A stretch of DNA of 64,000 bases, from contig NC_081331.1 in assembly GCF_022539665.2 (NCBI RefSeq), forward strand, positions 14,136,001-14,200,000, written 5' to 3'. Positions within the stretch are counted from its first letter, which is position 1, and the number at the start of each line of letters is the position of its first letter. This DNA comes from Daphnia carinata. Its lineage: Eukaryota. A program made the translations under genes and the position numbers. The notes beneath the pieces are model-generated. The model searched no databases. It saw nothing but the letters and a program-made list of their open reading frames with translations, and was not told where the DNA came from. This document shows, piece after piece, positions 62,859 through 64,000 of this stretch.

Positions 62859-64000
62859 ATGTCGGATACATTTCGCTTTAACTGCACTTCATTCGATCAA
62901 GCATTATTATGAGATTTAAATATCTAAAAAAAATATAGCCTAGCTAACGTTGTTGAAATGTTTCGTTTAGGTGACAAATAAACAGGACTCGATGACATAA
63001 CAGTTTATCTTAACTGCACTCGCATACGCATGATCTTTGTCGAGTCCTACAACGTAACAGGCTTGTTAATTGCCATAATTGGAGCATTGTAGTATTCACG
63101 GATAGTTACCGGCTAGTAGCAGATGTTTGCAGCGGGGATAAACTGCACGAGTTTTAAATTTCAAAGCACGTGTCATCCAAATTTGGATGGCATTGAAATC
63201 GATACTGGGAAAGAGCCACACAAACGGAAAACAACTGCGCATCCCACGAATTTTCAAGAGAATTGATTTCAACAAAAAATTTAAGGTGTGGTTAGAGTCC
63301 AAAAACCTGTTGATTCAACCTTGGAAATTCTAATAGCTTGTCGCCACTTTGTTTTGCTACAAGGCATCGTGATCATCTTCACCACTGATATATAATCAAC
63401 TTTAGTTCAAATTAAGCGTCCTTGAAAAATCACGCAGGTTCAACCGCCATTAAAAATTCCATAAACGGAGCTATTATTTCAAGTTTTTTTTATGTGCAAA
63501 TGCTACTGAAAGTTTATATCTATAACGATTCGGGGAGATCCCGTACGCAGCATCATACTTTAGCTTTCTAATGCGAAAGAAAATGTTGGAATCTCTCACT
63601 AAATATAAAGCCTGCGAACACAATGATGTGATTACAAATCCTGGTTTACCCTGCGTTGATTATACGATGGGTTTTTCGCAGAAAAAGAGAAATTTTCTCT
63701 GTTCCAAATTGAGATCTGGAACAACGTTGAGGCGAATAACCTCGCCAAGCGATAGGTAATGTTCACGAACGTGCGGTACGTCACGTTTTCCATACGTAAA
63801 TCACGTGCCGTTCTGCTACCAAGAAATGCAAGTGACACACAAAGAAAAACCCACTTCTAATTCGCAAGTGCTGATGAACCATTTGAATATCGATTTTGAA
63901 AACAGAAATTCGACGTCGAATGTCTTTATAGAGAGTTTCTGGAAGCAAGAGATTGGAATTCCCAAATTTGGCTTTCCTGTTGCACGATACAAACGTGATT

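Noticed and set aside
63060..64000. Exon-like segments at the window end
   Set aside because: Frames close with stops and there is no recognisable product; could be part of a gene or pseudogene extending beyond the window but is unsupported here.

Overview
Eukaryotic DNA with a compact arthropod gene structure: many 60-70 nt GT-AG introns and short intergenic spacers. A Daphnia-like crustacean is my inference, not something the sequence proves. The left ~37.5 kb is a same-strand (+) cluster of four uncharacterised genes for signal-peptide-bearing, Ser/Thr/Pro-rich (mucin- or extensin-like) proteins. They share short motifs: a Ser-run/'SDGSVSSAG' module before a hydrophobic segment, hydrophobic segments followed by G-[RK]-R-R convertase-like sites, PKSPP and GP[YF]FTN..KIE motifs, and Val/Ile beta-strand patches. 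Genes A and B are clear paralogs down to the TATA/Inr and the 5'UTR splice donor. Genes B and D each appear to switch C-termini by using an internal splice donor instead of reading through a giant exon. The right ~24 kb holds conserved genes: ALDH6A1 (-), a small 2-TM protein (+), an AREL1-like HECT E3 ligase (-) with an extra N-terminal TM plus SAM-like region, RALGAPA (+) and CFAP157 (+). Copies of a palindrome-bearing non-coding repeat family lie at ~3.4-4.5, 12.5-12.8, 38.4-39.7 and 62.5-62.9 kb. All exon structures were predicted by eye from splice consensus and reading-frame phase; no database searches were run.
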